Assembly (NCBI GenBank): GCA_022736595.1
Contig: DZDC01000003.1
Location: 1 to 40,593 of the forward strand
Reading direction: 5' to 3'
Length of the DNA: 40,593 nucleotides
Source: Draconibacterium orientale
Lineage (GTDB): Bacteria > Bacteroidota > Bacteroidia > Bacteroidales > UBA1556
Made by a program: the position numbers and the translations under genes. The notes below the pieces were generated by a model. That model did no database searches. It worked only from the letters and a program-made list of their open reading frames with translations, and had not been told where the DNA came from. The first letter of the stretch is position 1. The number at the start of each line of letters is the position of its first letter. This document shows positions 7,794-17,501 of the stretch, one piece after another.

Positions 7794-9200
7794 ATGAATA
7801 GACCCATTTATAGCATTAAGCAGAAAGCCTTAAAAATCAATATTGAAGATAAGGTTTATGGTACTTTAGCCGAGATTGGCGGAGGGCAAGAAGTGGCTCG
7901 GGCTTTCTTTCAAGCGGGAGGAGCTAGCCAAACTATTGCCAAAAGCATATCTGCTTATGATAAAACATTCTCCGACCATTATTATAACAATCATGAGTCA
8001 GGGAGGTACGTCTCGCAGGATCGTTTATTGAAAATGCTTTATAAGGAATACAGCGACCTTACCGAAATACTAGTCGATGAGAAGCACAATGATTCACTTT
8101 TCTTTGCTTTTGCAAACACCGTTGAAATACTAAATTATCATAAGACAAATCAGGCACATGGATGGATGGGAGTACGGTTTCAGTACAGTTCTCGCGAGAA
8201 ACCAAACGAAGTTTTAGTTCATTTTAATTTGCTCGAAAATGATGCACTACTTCAGCAATATACTCTGGGTAGTTTGGGTGTAAATCTTATTTATGCATGC
8301 TTTCACCATGTGTTTTATCCCAATTCTTTCATGCAATCGATTATGGATAACTTAGATAGCCATCGAGTTGAGATTGACATGGTTAGCATGAAGGGCCCTG
8401 ATTTAGACTACGTAGATAATCGACTGCTTGGGGTGCAGCTGGTAAAAAATGGAATGACCAACGTAGTGATGTTTGATAGCAGTGGGAACATTGCTCAAGC
8501 TGCCGATCTAGTATATAAGAAAGATATTATAGCCATTAGAGGTAGTTTTCGTCCGATTACCCACGTAGGATTTGATATGGTAAGAACCAGCAAACAAATG
8601 CTTGAAAGGGAGGGAAATTATAAAGATGAGACTTCACTTTTGCTATGTGAAATCACCATGCGTAACCTTTTTTCTAGTGGGGAATTGGACGAAAGGGATT
8701 TTTTAGCCCGTGTGGATTTGCTTACAGGTATGGGGCTTAATGTAATGGTAAGCAATTATATGTATTTTTATCGAATAAGTGAGTATTTTAACCAATTTAC
8801 AATCAATAGATTAAGGATGGTAATTGGGGTTCCTACCCTCAAAAACCTTGTACAAAAACAATATTATGCCGACCTTAAAGGGGGTGTTATGGAGGCCTTT
8901 GGCCGATTGTTTGCACAAAACGTAAAACTTTATGTGTACCCACTGCTTGAGAATAAAAGGCTACAGACAGGGAAACTTCTCAATGTGGATGAAGAAATGT
9001 TCTATTTATACCAACATTTACTCAATAACGAACAAATCATAGACCTGGAAAATGTAGATAGAGCTTTTCAAGGTATTTTTACTCGTGAAGTTTTAAAAAT
9101 GATTCAGAATGGAGAGCATGGTTGGGAGGAAATGATGCCTAATTTTATTGCAAATCAAATTAAGGCAAATCAACTTTTTGGCTACTCGGACTCAAAATAA
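7794..9200 (+). CDS. Conserved-looking soluble protein of unknown function, coupled to tatC
   Basis: 468 aa. The ATG lies 3 nt after the tatC stop. There is no signal peptide, no TM segment and no catalytic motif I recognise. The N-terminal motif is AEIGGGQEVARAFFQAGGAS. Confidence 0.7.
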   Translation: MNRPIYSIKQKALKINIEDKVYGTLAEIGGGQEVARAFFQAGGASQTIAKSISAYDKTFSDHYYNNHESGRYVSQDRLLKMLYKEYSDLTEILVDEKHNDSLFFAFANTVEILNYHKTNQAHGWMGVRFQYSSREKPNEVLVHFNLLENDALLQQYTLGSLGVNLIYACFHHVFYPNSFMQSIMDNLDSHRVEIDMVSMKGPDLDYVDNRLLGVQLVKNGMTNVVMFDSSGNIAQAADLVYKKDIIAIRGSFRPITHVGFDMVRTSKQMLEREGNYKDETSLLLCEITMRNLFSSGELDERDFLARVDLLTGMGLNVMVSNYMYFYRISEYFNQFTINRLRMVIGVPTLKNLVQKQYYADLKGGVMEAFGRLFAQNVKLYVYPLLENKRLQTGKLLNVDEEMFYLYQHLLNNEQIIDLENVDRAFQGIFTREVLKMIQNGEHGWEEMMPNFIANQIKANQLFGYSDSK

Positions 9201-9241
9201 GATATTAACATTTTTCCAAAAATGGGAAAAATTGCCTTAAA

Positions 9242-9285
9242 ATACCTAATATATACCTAATGCATACCTAATATATACCTAATTC
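9242..9285. repeat. Tandem repeat: 2 x 22 bp (21/22 identical), equal to 4 x ATACCTAAT cores at exact 11-bp phasing
   Basis: Cores lie at 9242-9250, 9253-9261, 9264-9272 and 9275-9283, separated by the dinucleotides at, gc, at and tc. Confidence 0.9.
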
Positions 9286-9380
9286 TTTTTCTAAAATAGT
9301 AAGGTTTAGCTATTGCAAAACTTAAAACTGATACTACATTTGAAGAAAAATATCATTTTTATTATATCTTGTATGACCTA

Positions 9381-9414
9381 AAACCCACCCTCCAAAAGTG
9401 GGTTTTATTATTTT
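9381..9414. terminator. Hairpin terminator between convergent genes (T-rich tail on + strand)
   Basis: 8-bp stem aaacccac/gtgggttt with a 9-nt loop, then ttttattatttta. It lies 180 nt after the stop at 9200 and 15 nt after the stop of the minus-strand MATE gene. Confidence 0.55.
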
Positions 9415-9419
9415 ATGGT

Positions 9420-10736
9420 TTATGCGATGGTTTGAAGAACATGCTTCTTCAAATATAGCCCTAAAAAGAGAGACCGACTCAACATAAAACTCAAGAATGC
9501 AACCCATAAATTAACCATAGGATCAAAAGGCAGCAGATATAAAAGAGGAAAGAATATTATTAAAACAGAAGCAATCATTCCATTTCGCATCGCTTTTGAT
9601 GCAGTGGCTCCTACAAAAATACCATCAAAAATAAATGCAGGGAACGATATAATTGGGATTAGAACTATCCAACCAATTAAGGGTAGGGTATTTACTATGA
9701 TTTTAGAATTGTCGGTTATCAAATAAAGAATTTCCTTTCCAAGAAATGCATATAAGATTGTAAATATCAAGCTTGTAAAGAAACCAAATAGAAATGATTT
9801 TCCAATTACTTTTCGCAAAAGTATTTTGTTTTTTGATCCAATGGAAAGTGAAGTTAAGGATTCAGCCGCATTTGCAAAGCCGTCAAGCATATAGGAAAAA
9901 AGTATGAAAAATTGAAATAGAATGCTATTTGCTGCTAAAAACACATCTCCGATATTGGCAGATTGCAAAGTGAAATAACTAAATACAAGCATTAAACCAA
10001 GTGTGCGGATAAACAAATCTCCATTTACTTTTATCAATTTTAGAAGGGTGACATTAAAGATCATTGAGAAGTCGAGTGGTTTTAGGTAGCGCTGATACTT
10101 CTTTTTAATGAAAATCAAAGCTATTCCTAAAGTGATATACTGGGCAATCACACTTCCTAAAGCTACTCCAGTGGTGTTTAAATTCAGAAATACGACAAGA
10201 ATGAAAGAAAATGAAATATTGAGAATGTTACTGGCGATTGCCAAGAGCATGGGAAGTTTGGTATTTTGCAATCCAATAAGCCAACCCGAAAGGCTCATAA
10301 GGCTAAGGCTAGCAGGTAGGGCCCAGATTCGTATATCGAAGTATTTTTTGGCTTCAATTTCAATATTCCAACTCGAGTTTGTTAATTGCAAAGCCCATTG
10401 AATTAACCATGGATGGAGCACAATAAGAATCACGGCTGAAGCAAGAGCAAGGAAAATGGATCGGTAAAGAAAATTGCTAACCTCTTGGTCATCACCTTTG
10501 CCTAATGCCTGTCCTGTAAAACCTAATGTTCCAGTACGAAGGAAGCCAATGCTCCAATAAATCATATTGAAAATCATACTCCCTAATGCTACAGCGGCCA
10601 CATATTTGAGGTCGGGTAAATGCCCCATAAGTGCCGTATCAACCATCCCAAGCATTGGAATAGAAATATTGCTCACCATGTTAGGAATGGCAAGACTCAG
10701 AATTTGTTTGTTGAGGGATGGGTTTTTTGAAGTCAT
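9420..10736 (-). CDS. MATE family efflux transporter (DinF-like)
   Basis: 12-TM hydrophobic profile with an N-terminus of NKQILSLAIPNMVSNISIPMLGMVDTALMGHL. The start is set at the ATG at 10736; the ORF-track start at 10754 is TTG. Confidence 0.85.
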   Translation of the reverse strand: MTSKNPSLNKQILSLAIPNMVSNISIPMLGMVDTALMGHLPDLKYVAAVALGSMIFNMIYWSIGFLRTGTLGFTGQALGKGDDQEVSNFLYRSIFLALASAVILIVLHPWLIQWALQLTNSSWNIEIEAKKYFDIRIWALPASLSLMSLSGWLIGLQNTKLPMLLAIASNILNISFSFILVVFLNLNTTGVALGSVIAQYITLGIALIFIKKKYQRYLKPLDFSMIFNVTLLKLIKVNGDLFIRTLGLMLVFSYFTLQSANIGDVFLAANSILFQFFILFSYMLDGFANAAESLTSLSIGSKNKILLRKVIGKSFLFGFFTSLIFTILYAFLGKEILYLITDNSKIIVNTLPLIGWIVLIPIISFPAFIFDGIFVGATASKAMRNGMIASVLIIFFPLLYLLPFDPMVNLWVAFLSFMLSRSLFLGLYLKKHVLQTIA

Positions 10737-10799
10737 CTCAAATGAAAATCCCAACTTTCAATTGTGAAAGTTGGGATTAAATAAAGAATAAATCTTTTG

Positions 10800-11654
10800 C
10801 TAGTTATTCAAAATCAAAGGCATGCCGCCATTCCCTGAACCAATGATTACTGTTTTTGAATTGGTTGATTCTGAGAGCTTAAGGGTTGCTTCAATACCTC
10901 TCATTTTAAGCAGCTTGTCGGTTAAACTACTGTTGATAATTTCATTGGCCTTAGCCTCTCCTAAAGCTGTAATTCTTTGACGCTCAGCTTCTTTTGTTGC
11001 TCTTTGAAGTTTAAATTCATATTCGAGTGCCAATTGTTCCTGTTTAAGTTTACTTTCAATAGCATCCTTAATGGCAGGAGGTAAAATGATGGATCTAATC
11101 AGCATGCGTTCAACATGAATATACTTTTGTTCGAGAATTTTTCTAGTTTCATCATATATTTCATTTTGTATAGCATCTCTTTTAGTGCTGTAAATTTCCT
11201 CAGGAGTATAACGTCCAATAACGCTTCGAGCAGCGGCTCTTACAGCAGGCACTACGATAGAAGTTTCGTACTCTTGACCAATTTTTTTATGTAAATACGA
11301 TAATTTTTCAGGAACAGGTCTGAACCAAGCTGAAACATCAATGTTTATTTCTAAGCCATTGGACGATAGCATTTTCATCTCTTCTGCACGTTCTTTTTGA
11401 CGTACACTGTAGATGTAAACTTTATTCCAAGGAGCGATAAAATGAAAGCCTTCCTCTAATGGAGGTTCATTGAGGTCGATACCTTTGCTAAAAGTGTGGA
11501 AAACCACTCCTGACTCTCCTGCACCAACGGTGACACTTACTTTGTTCCAAAATATTAATAGAAATACAATAATCCCTATCACCAATGCGATTGGGTAAAT
11601 CTTTTTTAAATTCATCTCCTCTTGTGGAGTACGGTTAGGGTTCATATTTATCAT
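10800..11654 (-). CDS. SPFH/band-7 (prohibitin-like) membrane protein
   Basis: 284 aa with an N-terminal TM anchor, an SPFH core and a coiled-coil region (LKQEQLALEYEFKLQRATKEAERQRI). No NfeD partner is adjacent. Confidence 0.85.
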   Translation of the reverse strand: MINMNPNRTPQEEMNLKKIYPIALVIGIIVFLLIFWNKVSVTVGAGESGVVFHTFSKGIDLNEPPLEEGFHFIAPWNKVYIYSVRQKERAEEMKMLSSNGLEINIDVSAWFRPVPEKLSYLHKKIGQEYETSIVVPAVRAAARSVIGRYTPEEIYSTKRDAIQNEIYDETRKILEQKYIHVERMLIRSIILPPAIKDAIESKLKQEQLALEYEFKLQRATKEAERQRITALGEAKANEIINSSLTDKLLKMRGIEATLKLSESTNSKTVIIGSGNGGMPLILNN

Positions 11655-11678
11655 TATTTCATGGTTTTATAATTACAG

Positions 11679-11686
11679 CAAAGGTA
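11679..11686 (-). promoter_or_regulatory. -7 box TACCTTTG (minus strand) for the SPFH gene
   Basis: Plus-strand caaaggta is the reverse complement of TAnnTTTG and lies about 25 nt upstream of the ATG at 11654. Confidence 0.35.
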
Positions 11687-11783
11687 ACAAAATATGAGAG
11701 TTATAAAAACAACCTCTATTAAAAATAGTTATTTATATTTTTTTAGCATTAAAAAATTATAATCGATTGTTCTGTTTTTATGC

Positions 11784-11791
11784 TAATTTTG
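11784..11791 (+). promoter_or_regulatory. -7 box TAATTTTG for the ald-like gene
   Basis: Exact TAnnTTTG 21 nt upstream of the ATG at 11812. This argues against the TTG start at 11767. Confidence 0.4.
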
Positions 11792-11811
11792 AACAACAAA
11801 TATCCATAAAA

Positions 11812-13035
11812 ATGGGCAATCAGTATTCAAACCTAATAAAGGTTAAAAACCAAGAGCAATGGGTTCCAAAGGAAGAATTGCTCTATCAAAAGAGCGACAA
11901 ACAAAGCTTCACTATTGGTGTGCCGAAGGAGCGAATTCTTCAAGAAAAAAGGGTTTCTTTAGTGCCTTCTGCGGCTGGTTTATTGGTCAATAATGGCCAT
12001 CGGGTGATCGTGGAAAGGGGAGCAGGTCAAGAAGCCAATTTTGAAGATCGACTGTATGCAGAAGTGGGCGCCGAATTGGTTGATTCTCCTTCAGAGATAT
12101 TTCAAGCACAGATTATTATAAAGATAGCACCTCCTACTTTAGACGAAATTTCATTAATGCGCGATCGGGCTATTCTTTTTTCAGCTTTGCATCAAAGAGC
12201 TCAGTCAAAGGAGTATTATAAAAGTTTGATTAATAAGCGGATAACTGCGATAAGTTATGAGCATATACGCAATGGAAATCAAGAACATCCTGTGTTACAC
12301 TCCATATCAGAGATCGTGGGTACCACTGCAATTCACATTGCAAGTCAATATCTGAGTCATCCGGTTTGGGGTAGGGGAAAAATGCTGGGCGGCTTCACAG
12401 GAATTAATCCATCGGAAGTGGTGATTATTGGGGCAGGTATTGTAGGTGAGTCCGCTGCAAAAACGGCCTTAGGCGCAGGAGCCTTAGTTAAGGTTTTTGA
12501 TAATTCTATTTCAAATTTGAGACGGTTGCAAAGTAATCTCAGAGCTCCCATTTTTAGTTCAATCATTCAACCCGATGTGCTGAAGCAAGCCCTTTCTACT
12601 GCGGATGTGGCAATAGGTGCTTTGTGGATTACCGGTCCCAATGCCATGACCATTGTTTCTGAAGAAATGGTAAAATGCATGAAAAAGGGAAGCATAATCG
12701 TTGATGTCAGCATCGATAGAGGAGGGTGTTTTGAAACCAGTACCGAAACCAATCACCTCGAACCGGTTTACCAAATTCATGGAGTCACCCACTATTGTGT
12801 ACCCAATATTTCATCTCGTACTCCTCATACTGCATCCTATGCTTTGAGCAACTACTTTGCTCCTCTAATGCTTGAAATGGCTGAAAATGGTGGCCTTAAT
12901 CAGATGTTGTTGAATAATTTAGGCCTGAGAGAAGGAGTTTATATCTATTCAGGAAAAGTTACTTTTCATTCCATAGCTGAAAAATTTGGATTGCCTTTTC
13001 AGGATTTAGGTTTAGTAATTTCAGCTTTTGGATAG
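11812..13035 (+). CDS. Alanine dehydrogenase / PNT family NAD-dependent dehydrogenase
   Basis: 407 aa from the ATG at 11812. It has the AlaDH/PNT N-domain (KRVSLVPSAAGLLVNNGHRVIVERGAG) and the Rossmann motif VVIIGAGIVGESAA. Confidence 0.85.
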   Translation: MGNQYSNLIKVKNQEQWVPKEELLYQKSDKQSFTIGVPKERILQEKRVSLVPSAAGLLVNNGHRVIVERGAGQEANFEDRLYAEVGAELVDSPSEIFQAQIIIKIAPPTLDEISLMRDRAILFSALHQRAQSKEYYKSLINKRITAISYEHIRNGNQEHPVLHSISEIVGTTAIHIASQYLSHPVWGRGKMLGGFTGINPSEVVIIGAGIVGESAAKTALGAGALVKVFDNSISNLRRLQSNLRAPIFSSIIQPDVLKQALSTADVAIGALWITGPNAMTIVSEEMVKCMKKGSIIVDVSIDRGGCFETSTETNHLEPVYQIHGVTHYCVPNISSRTPHTASYALSNYFAPLMLEMAENGGLNQMLLNNLGLREGVYIYSGKVTFHSIAEKFGLPFQDLGLVISAFG

Positions 13036-13038
13036 CCG

Positions 13039-13836
13039 ATGAAAGTGACTGAATTAATTTTAAATAAATTGTATGATCCCCGATTGAAAGGGGTGGATGT
13101 AAATAGCTCTGAACTTTTAAAAGTTCATCAGCGAATTTTGGAAGAAAAGCCTTTGATGCGTCACGTCTTTACTCACTTTTATACCGAATGTAAAAATAAT
13201 TCAGAACGATATTTTATTCAAGGGGGAAAGGAAATTGAAATCGGAGCTGGTGTCAGTTTTTTTAAATCCATTTTTCCTACCATAATAAGCACCGATATTA
13301 AATTGTCACCAGGTTTAGATCAGGTATTGGATGCACAAAATATGGATATTGCTTCCAATTCAGTGTCTGCATTTTATGGAATTAATTGCTTTCATCATTT
13401 TCCTAATCCTCAACTTTTTTTTGATGAATTGAACCGAACTTTAATCCCAGGTGGTGGATGCGTTTTGATTGAGCCCCATTGGGGTTCCGTGGCTTCCATG
13501 ATGTATAAAAGGCTTTTTAAAACGGAGACTTTCGATAAAAATGCAGAGCAATGGCAGTCTGATGCAACCATTATGACTGGAGCAAATCAAGCTTTATCTT
13601 ATTTGGTATTCAAAAGGGATTTTGAAAAATGGCAAAACGATAATCCTAATTTAGAATTGATTAAGATAGAGGTTTTAAATAATTACCTTCAATATCTTTT
13701 TTCGGGAGGATTGAATTTTAGAAGTTTATTCCCTTTTTGGATGCTGCCTGTGATTCGATTGAAGGAAATTATTTTACGTCCTTTCAATTCTTTTTTTGGT
13801 CTGCATACGTTGATAGTAATCAGAAAGCGAATTTAG
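13039..13836 (+). CDS. Class I SAM-dependent methyltransferase
   Basis: 265 aa, starting 3 nt after the upstream stop. The methyltransferase-fold motifs EIEIGAG and LIPGGGCVLIEP are present. Confidence 0.7.
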   Translation: MKVTELILNKLYDPRLKGVDVNSSELLKVHQRILEEKPLMRHVFTHFYTECKNNSERYFIQGGKEIEIGAGVSFFKSIFPTIISTDIKLSPGLDQVLDAQNMDIASNSVSAFYGINCFHHFPNPQLFFDELNRTLIPGGGCVLIEPHWGSVASMMYKRLFKTETFDKNAEQWQSDATIMTGANQALSYLVFKRDFEKWQNDNPNLELIKIEVLNNYLQYLFSGGLNFRSLFPFWMLPVIRLKEIILRPFNSFFGLHTLIVIRKRI

Positions 13837-13878
13837 AATCAAAAAAAAAGCTGCCTATGGCAGTTTTTTTTTGATTCT
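13835..13878. terminator. Bidirectional Rho-independent terminator
   Basis: ctgcc-tat-ggcag is flanked by A9 and T9 runs and by agaatc/gattct arms. This forms one long hairpin between the convergent genes ending at 13836 (+) and 13892 (-). Confidence 0.8.
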
Positions 13879-13891
13879 ATATATCATTCAT

Positions 13892-15214
13892 TTACTTTTT
13901 GATGGTACCTATATTGAAATAATCAAATCCCATTTTCTCAATATATTCACGCTCATAAATATTTCGTCCATCAAAGATGACGGGTGTTTTTAGGAGTTTT
14001 TTGATTACCTCAAAATTAGGCATTCTAAATTCGGGCCATTCTGTGGCAAGCAATAAGGCGTCGGCATCCAACAAAGCACCATACATATCTTCAGCATATT
14101 CAATTTTATCTCCGATTTTACGGTGAGTTTCTTCCATTGCCACAGGATCATAAGCTTTTACTTTTGCACCTTCGGCAATAAGTTTATCTATGAGAATCAA
14201 CGCAGGAGCCTCGCGCATATCATCGGTTTTAGGCTTGAACGAAAGTCCCCAAATAGCAAAGGTTTTTCCTTTAATATCACTCTCGAAATATTGCATGGCT
14301 TTGTAAAAAAGTCTTGATTTTTGCGAATCGTTTACGTCTTCCACAGCCTTTAGGATGCGTAAACTGTAGTTATTCTCGTCGGCAGTTTTTATCAAGGCTT
14401 TGACGTCTTTTGGGAAACAACTTCCGCCATATCCAATACCAGGATAAATAAATTTATTACCTATTCTGCTGTCTGAACCAATACCTTTGCGCACCATATT
14501 TACATCGGCACCCATGATTTCGCATAGGTTAGCGATGTCGTTCATGAAACTAATTTTGGTGGCCAGCATGGCGTTGGCGGCATATTTTGTCATCTCAGCC
14601 GAGGGAACATCCATAAAAATAACAGGATGTCCATTGAGTGTGAATGGTTTATACAATCGAGCCATAATTTCTTGCGCTTTCTCCGATTCAACACCAATCA
14701 CAATGCGATCTGGTTTTAAAAAGTCGTTTACAGCATCGCCCTCCTTTAGAAATTCGGGATTGGAAGCCACATCAAACTCAACCGCCACATTCCTGTTTTT
14801 TAATTCAGATTCGATGGCTTTGCGCACTTTTTCAGCAGTACCCACAGGAACGGTGCTTTTGGTTACAATTACGGTGTATTTGTTGATGTTACGACCAACT
14901 TCACGGGCAACATCCAATACATATTTTAAATCAGCTGAGCCATCTTCGTCAGGAGGGGTTCCTACTGCACTAAAAATTACATCCGATTGACTTACTACCT
15001 CTGATAAAGTGGTAGTAAAGTGTAAACGGTTGGCTTTTACATTTCTATGAACCAAATCTTCTAATCCAGGCTCCCAAATTGGAATAATACCTTTATTAAG
15101 ATTGTCGATTTTTTTTACATCGATATCGACGCAAAAAACATTGATGCCTACTTCTGCAAGACAAGCTCCAGTAACTAATCCAACGTACCCGGTTCCAACA
15201 ACTGCAATATTCAT
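13892..15214 (-). CDS. ugd: UDP-glucose 6-dehydrogenase
   Basis: 440 aa from the ATG at 15214 (MNIAVVGTGYVGLV). The catalytic-site motif GGSCFPKD is present. The ORF-track start at 15256 is a TTG extension. Confidence 0.93.
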   Translation of the reverse strand: MNIAVVGTGYVGLVTGACLAEVGINVFCVDIDVKKIDNLNKGIIPIWEPGLEDLVHRNVKANRLHFTTTLSEVVSQSDVIFSAVGTPPDEDGSADLKYVLDVAREVGRNINKYTVIVTKSTVPVGTAEKVRKAIESELKNRNVAVEFDVASNPEFLKEGDAVNDFLKPDRIVIGVESEKAQEIMARLYKPFTLNGHPVIFMDVPSAEMTKYAANAMLATKISFMNDIANLCEIMGADVNMVRKGIGSDSRIGNKFIYPGIGYGGSCFPKDVKALIKTADENNYSLRILKAVEDVNDSQKSRLFYKAMQYFESDIKGKTFAIWGLSFKPKTDDMREAPALILIDKLIAEGAKVKAYDPVAMEETHRKIGDKIEYAEDMYGALLDADALLLATEWPEFRMPNFEVIKKLLKTPVIFDGRNIYEREYIEKMGFDYFNIGTIKK

Positions 15215-15324
15215 TTTATATCTGTTTAAGTGTTTTTGTAATTTTTCGGTGAACAAATTTATACATTAAAGTGGTTTAATAGAGATTTATTTCCACAATT
15301 ATTAAAGAAATACATTGCAAAATC

Positions 15325-16695
15325 TCAATGGTTTTGCAGTTTCTCAATAATTTGGTCAATAAAGAGCAATTCTTGAGTGCCTTGATTCATATCTTTTAGG
15401 TTGAGCTTGCCAGTCTCTACTTCGTTGCTACCGGCAATCAATACGTAGGGTATTTGCAGCACATTGGCAAAATTAAATTGTTTTGCAATTTTAATGGTTT
15501 CAGGAAATAGCATACATGAAATTCCAGCATTCCGCAAAGCAGTGGCTATCGACATCGCTTGGATTGCTTCTGAACCACCAAAATTTACGATTAAAATGGA
15601 TGTGTTTTGCATTTGATTTTTTGGAAAACCATCCAATTCTAAGAGTACATCATAAATACGATCAGCGCCAAAACTAATTCCAACTCCAGATACATCGGGC
15701 ATTCCAAAGATACCAGTTAGATTATCGTAACGACCTCCACCGCAGATGCTTCCCATTTTAACATCCAAAGCAGCAACCTCAAATATAGCCCCAGTATAAT
15801 AGTTTAATCCACGGGCTAAGGTTAGATCAAGTTGAATCTTATTTTGAAGTTTTATGGTTTCAGCAAAAGCAAATATTTCTTCCATTTCTTCTATTCCTTT
15901 CATTCCAATGGGTAGGCCCAAAAGGAATTGCTTTAAGTATTCAAGTTTGTCAGCATTGTTTTGATTTTGAACTTTGAGCAAAGGTTTCAGTTTTTCAATG
16001 GATGAAGTTGAAATTCCATTGGCTATCATTTCATTGATTACAGCCTCTTCACCAATTTTATCAAGCTTGTCCAACGCCACAGTAATGGCAATTAAATGCT
16101 CAGGGGCTCCAATATATTCAGCGATTCCTGCTAAAATTTTACGATTGTTTATTTTAATTACAACATTGATATTTAATCTTTTAAATACCTCATCAATCAT
16201 TTGAATGAGCTCAATTTCATTGAGCAACGATTGGCTTCCGATGATGTCAGCGTCGCATTGATAAAATTCACGATAGCGACCTTTTTGGGGTCGATCGGCA
16301 CGCCAAACAGGTTGAATTTGAAATCTTTTAAAGGGAAATTGTATTTCGTTGCGATGCATTACCACATACCGAGCAAAAGGCACCGTCAAATCGTAACGAA
16401 GGCCTTTCTCTGAAATATCTGAGGTAAGCTTTTGTGATTGAATATCTTGAATTTTGGTTCGATCTATGCCGCTCAGGAAATCACCTGAATTTAGAATCTT
16501 AAAAAGTAATTTATCGCCTTCTTCCCCATATTTTCCCATTAGGGTACTGAGGTTTTCCATGGCTGGGGTCTCGATTTGTTGAAAGCCAAATAATTTATAC
16601 ACTTGACTGATAGTGTCGAAAATATAATTTCTACGAGCCATCTCCGTGGCTGAAAAGTCGCGAGTTCCTTTGGGTATACTGGGTTTTTGTGCCAT
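15325..16695 (-). CDS. hisS: Histidine--tRNA ligase
   Basis: 456 aa with class II aaRS motifs, [16 protein letters not shown] and a C-terminal anticodon-binding domain. Confidence 0.95.
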   Translation of the reverse strand: MAQKPSIPKGTRDFSATEMARRNYIFDTISQVYKLFGFQQIETPAMENLSTLMGKYGEEGDKLLFKILNSGDFLSGIDRTKIQDIQSQKLTSDISEKGLRYDLTVPFARYVVMHRNEIQFPFKRFQIQPVWRADRPQKGRYREFYQCDADIIGSQSLLNEIELIQMIDEVFKRLNINVVIKINNRKILAGIAEYIGAPEHLIAITVALDKLDKIGEEAVINEMIANGISTSSIEKLKPLLKVQNQNNADKLEYLKQFLLGLPIGMKGIEEMEEIFAFAETIKLQNKIQLDLTLARGLNYYTGAIFEVAALDVKMGSICGGGRYDNLTGIFGMPDVSGVGISFGADRIYDVLLELDGFPKNQMQNTSILIVNFGGSEAIQAMSIATALRNAGISCMLFPETIKIAKQFNFANVLQIPYVLIAGSNEVETGKLNLKDMNQGTQELLFIDQIIEKLQNH

Positions 16696-16741
16696 GAATA
16701 TAATTTATTTTGAAGGGGCAAATTTAAGAAATTTCAAAGGA

Positions 16742-17482
16742 CTATTGTTTTCCAGTACATCGAAGCTTAACAGTATTAATTACTTTTTCAAAAACCTGTA
16801 AACTATCGATTAGATTGGATCCGGAAAACTGGCCTAAGTCAGCCGATTTTATTTTTTGGTTGTAATGTTTTTGAAGATCCATTGATAAAGGCATATAGCT
16901 CCAATGCCATTTTTCCTCTGTAATATGGCCTGTGGCATCGGTACCATACACTTGACAAAAGCCGTAGAGTACCGCATTTCGATTGAGCCATTGATACATT
17001 TTTTGGGCAGCGGGAGTTTCATAATCTTCCAACTCAACACTGAGAATATCTATATCTGTTCCCCAATGATGGCGTGAAGTTCCAGGTAATGCTGAATATC
17101 GAAGTATAAACTGGGCTCGATCCACTGGGTTTGGAAAGGCAGTGGCTGCATTTTTCCCTTCAACAAGAAGAGTCCCATTCCATTTTCTATTCCAAATGCT
17201 TTTTTGATGTTCGTAGGATCTAAAGGCCGAAACAATAGGAATTTTTATTCCCTCTTTTTGGGCTGCTTCAAACATTTCAACGAAAGCCAGGTAGGTTTCC
17301 TCGCGAAGGTACATATTTGATTTGCTTGCGTATTTAACATCTACAAGCACAAAATCAGCGTTTTTTGTTGGATCTACTTTGCCTATTAACTCATTTTTGC
17401 TGTATTGTGGTACCGATTTAAATCCCACAAAAGTTAGTGTCAAAAGGAAAAGAAGGTAAAAGAATAATATATTTTGTTTCAT
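16742..17482 (-). CDS. M15-family D-alanyl-D-alanine carboxypeptidase (VanY-like)
   Basis: 246 aa from the ATG at 17482, which gives a signal peptide and avoids overlap with the upstream gene. Motifs SAFRSYEHQ and SRHHWGTDIDI are present. Confidence 0.8.
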   Translation of the reverse strand: MKQNILFFYLLFLLTLTFVGFKSVPQYSKNELIGKVDPTKNADFVLVDVKYASKSNMYLREETYLAFVEMFEAAQKEGIKIPIVSAFRSYEHQKSIWNRKWNGTLLVEGKNAATAFPNPVDRAQFILRYSALPGTSRHHWGTDIDILSVELEDYETPAAQKMYQWLNRNAVLYGFCQVYGTDATGHITEEKWHWSYMPLSMDLQKHYNQKIKSADLGQFSGSNLIDSLQVFEKVINTVKLRCTGKQ

Positions 17483-17501
17483 AATTTTCTTCAATGTAAA
17501 A

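Noticed and set aside
11767-11811. TTG-initiated N-terminal extensions proposed by the ORF track, here for the ald-like gene and likewise at 6688, 10754, 15256, 17533 and 38068
   Set aside because: In each case an in-frame ATG slightly downstream gives a better N-terminus, such as a signal peptide or conserved motif. The ATG start also removes an overlap with a neighbour or leaves room for a promoter box.
14487-14990. 167-aa ORF antisense to ugd
   Set aside because: It is fully embedded antisense within a strongly supported conserved gene. The translation is Ser/Thr/Ala-rich with no motifs, as expected for the opposite-strand frame of a conserved gene.
15289-15297. DnaA-box-like 9-mer atttccaca
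   Set aside because: It is a single copy with two mismatches to TTATCCACA and there is no cluster. Despite the presence of parAB, nothing in the window looks like an origin.
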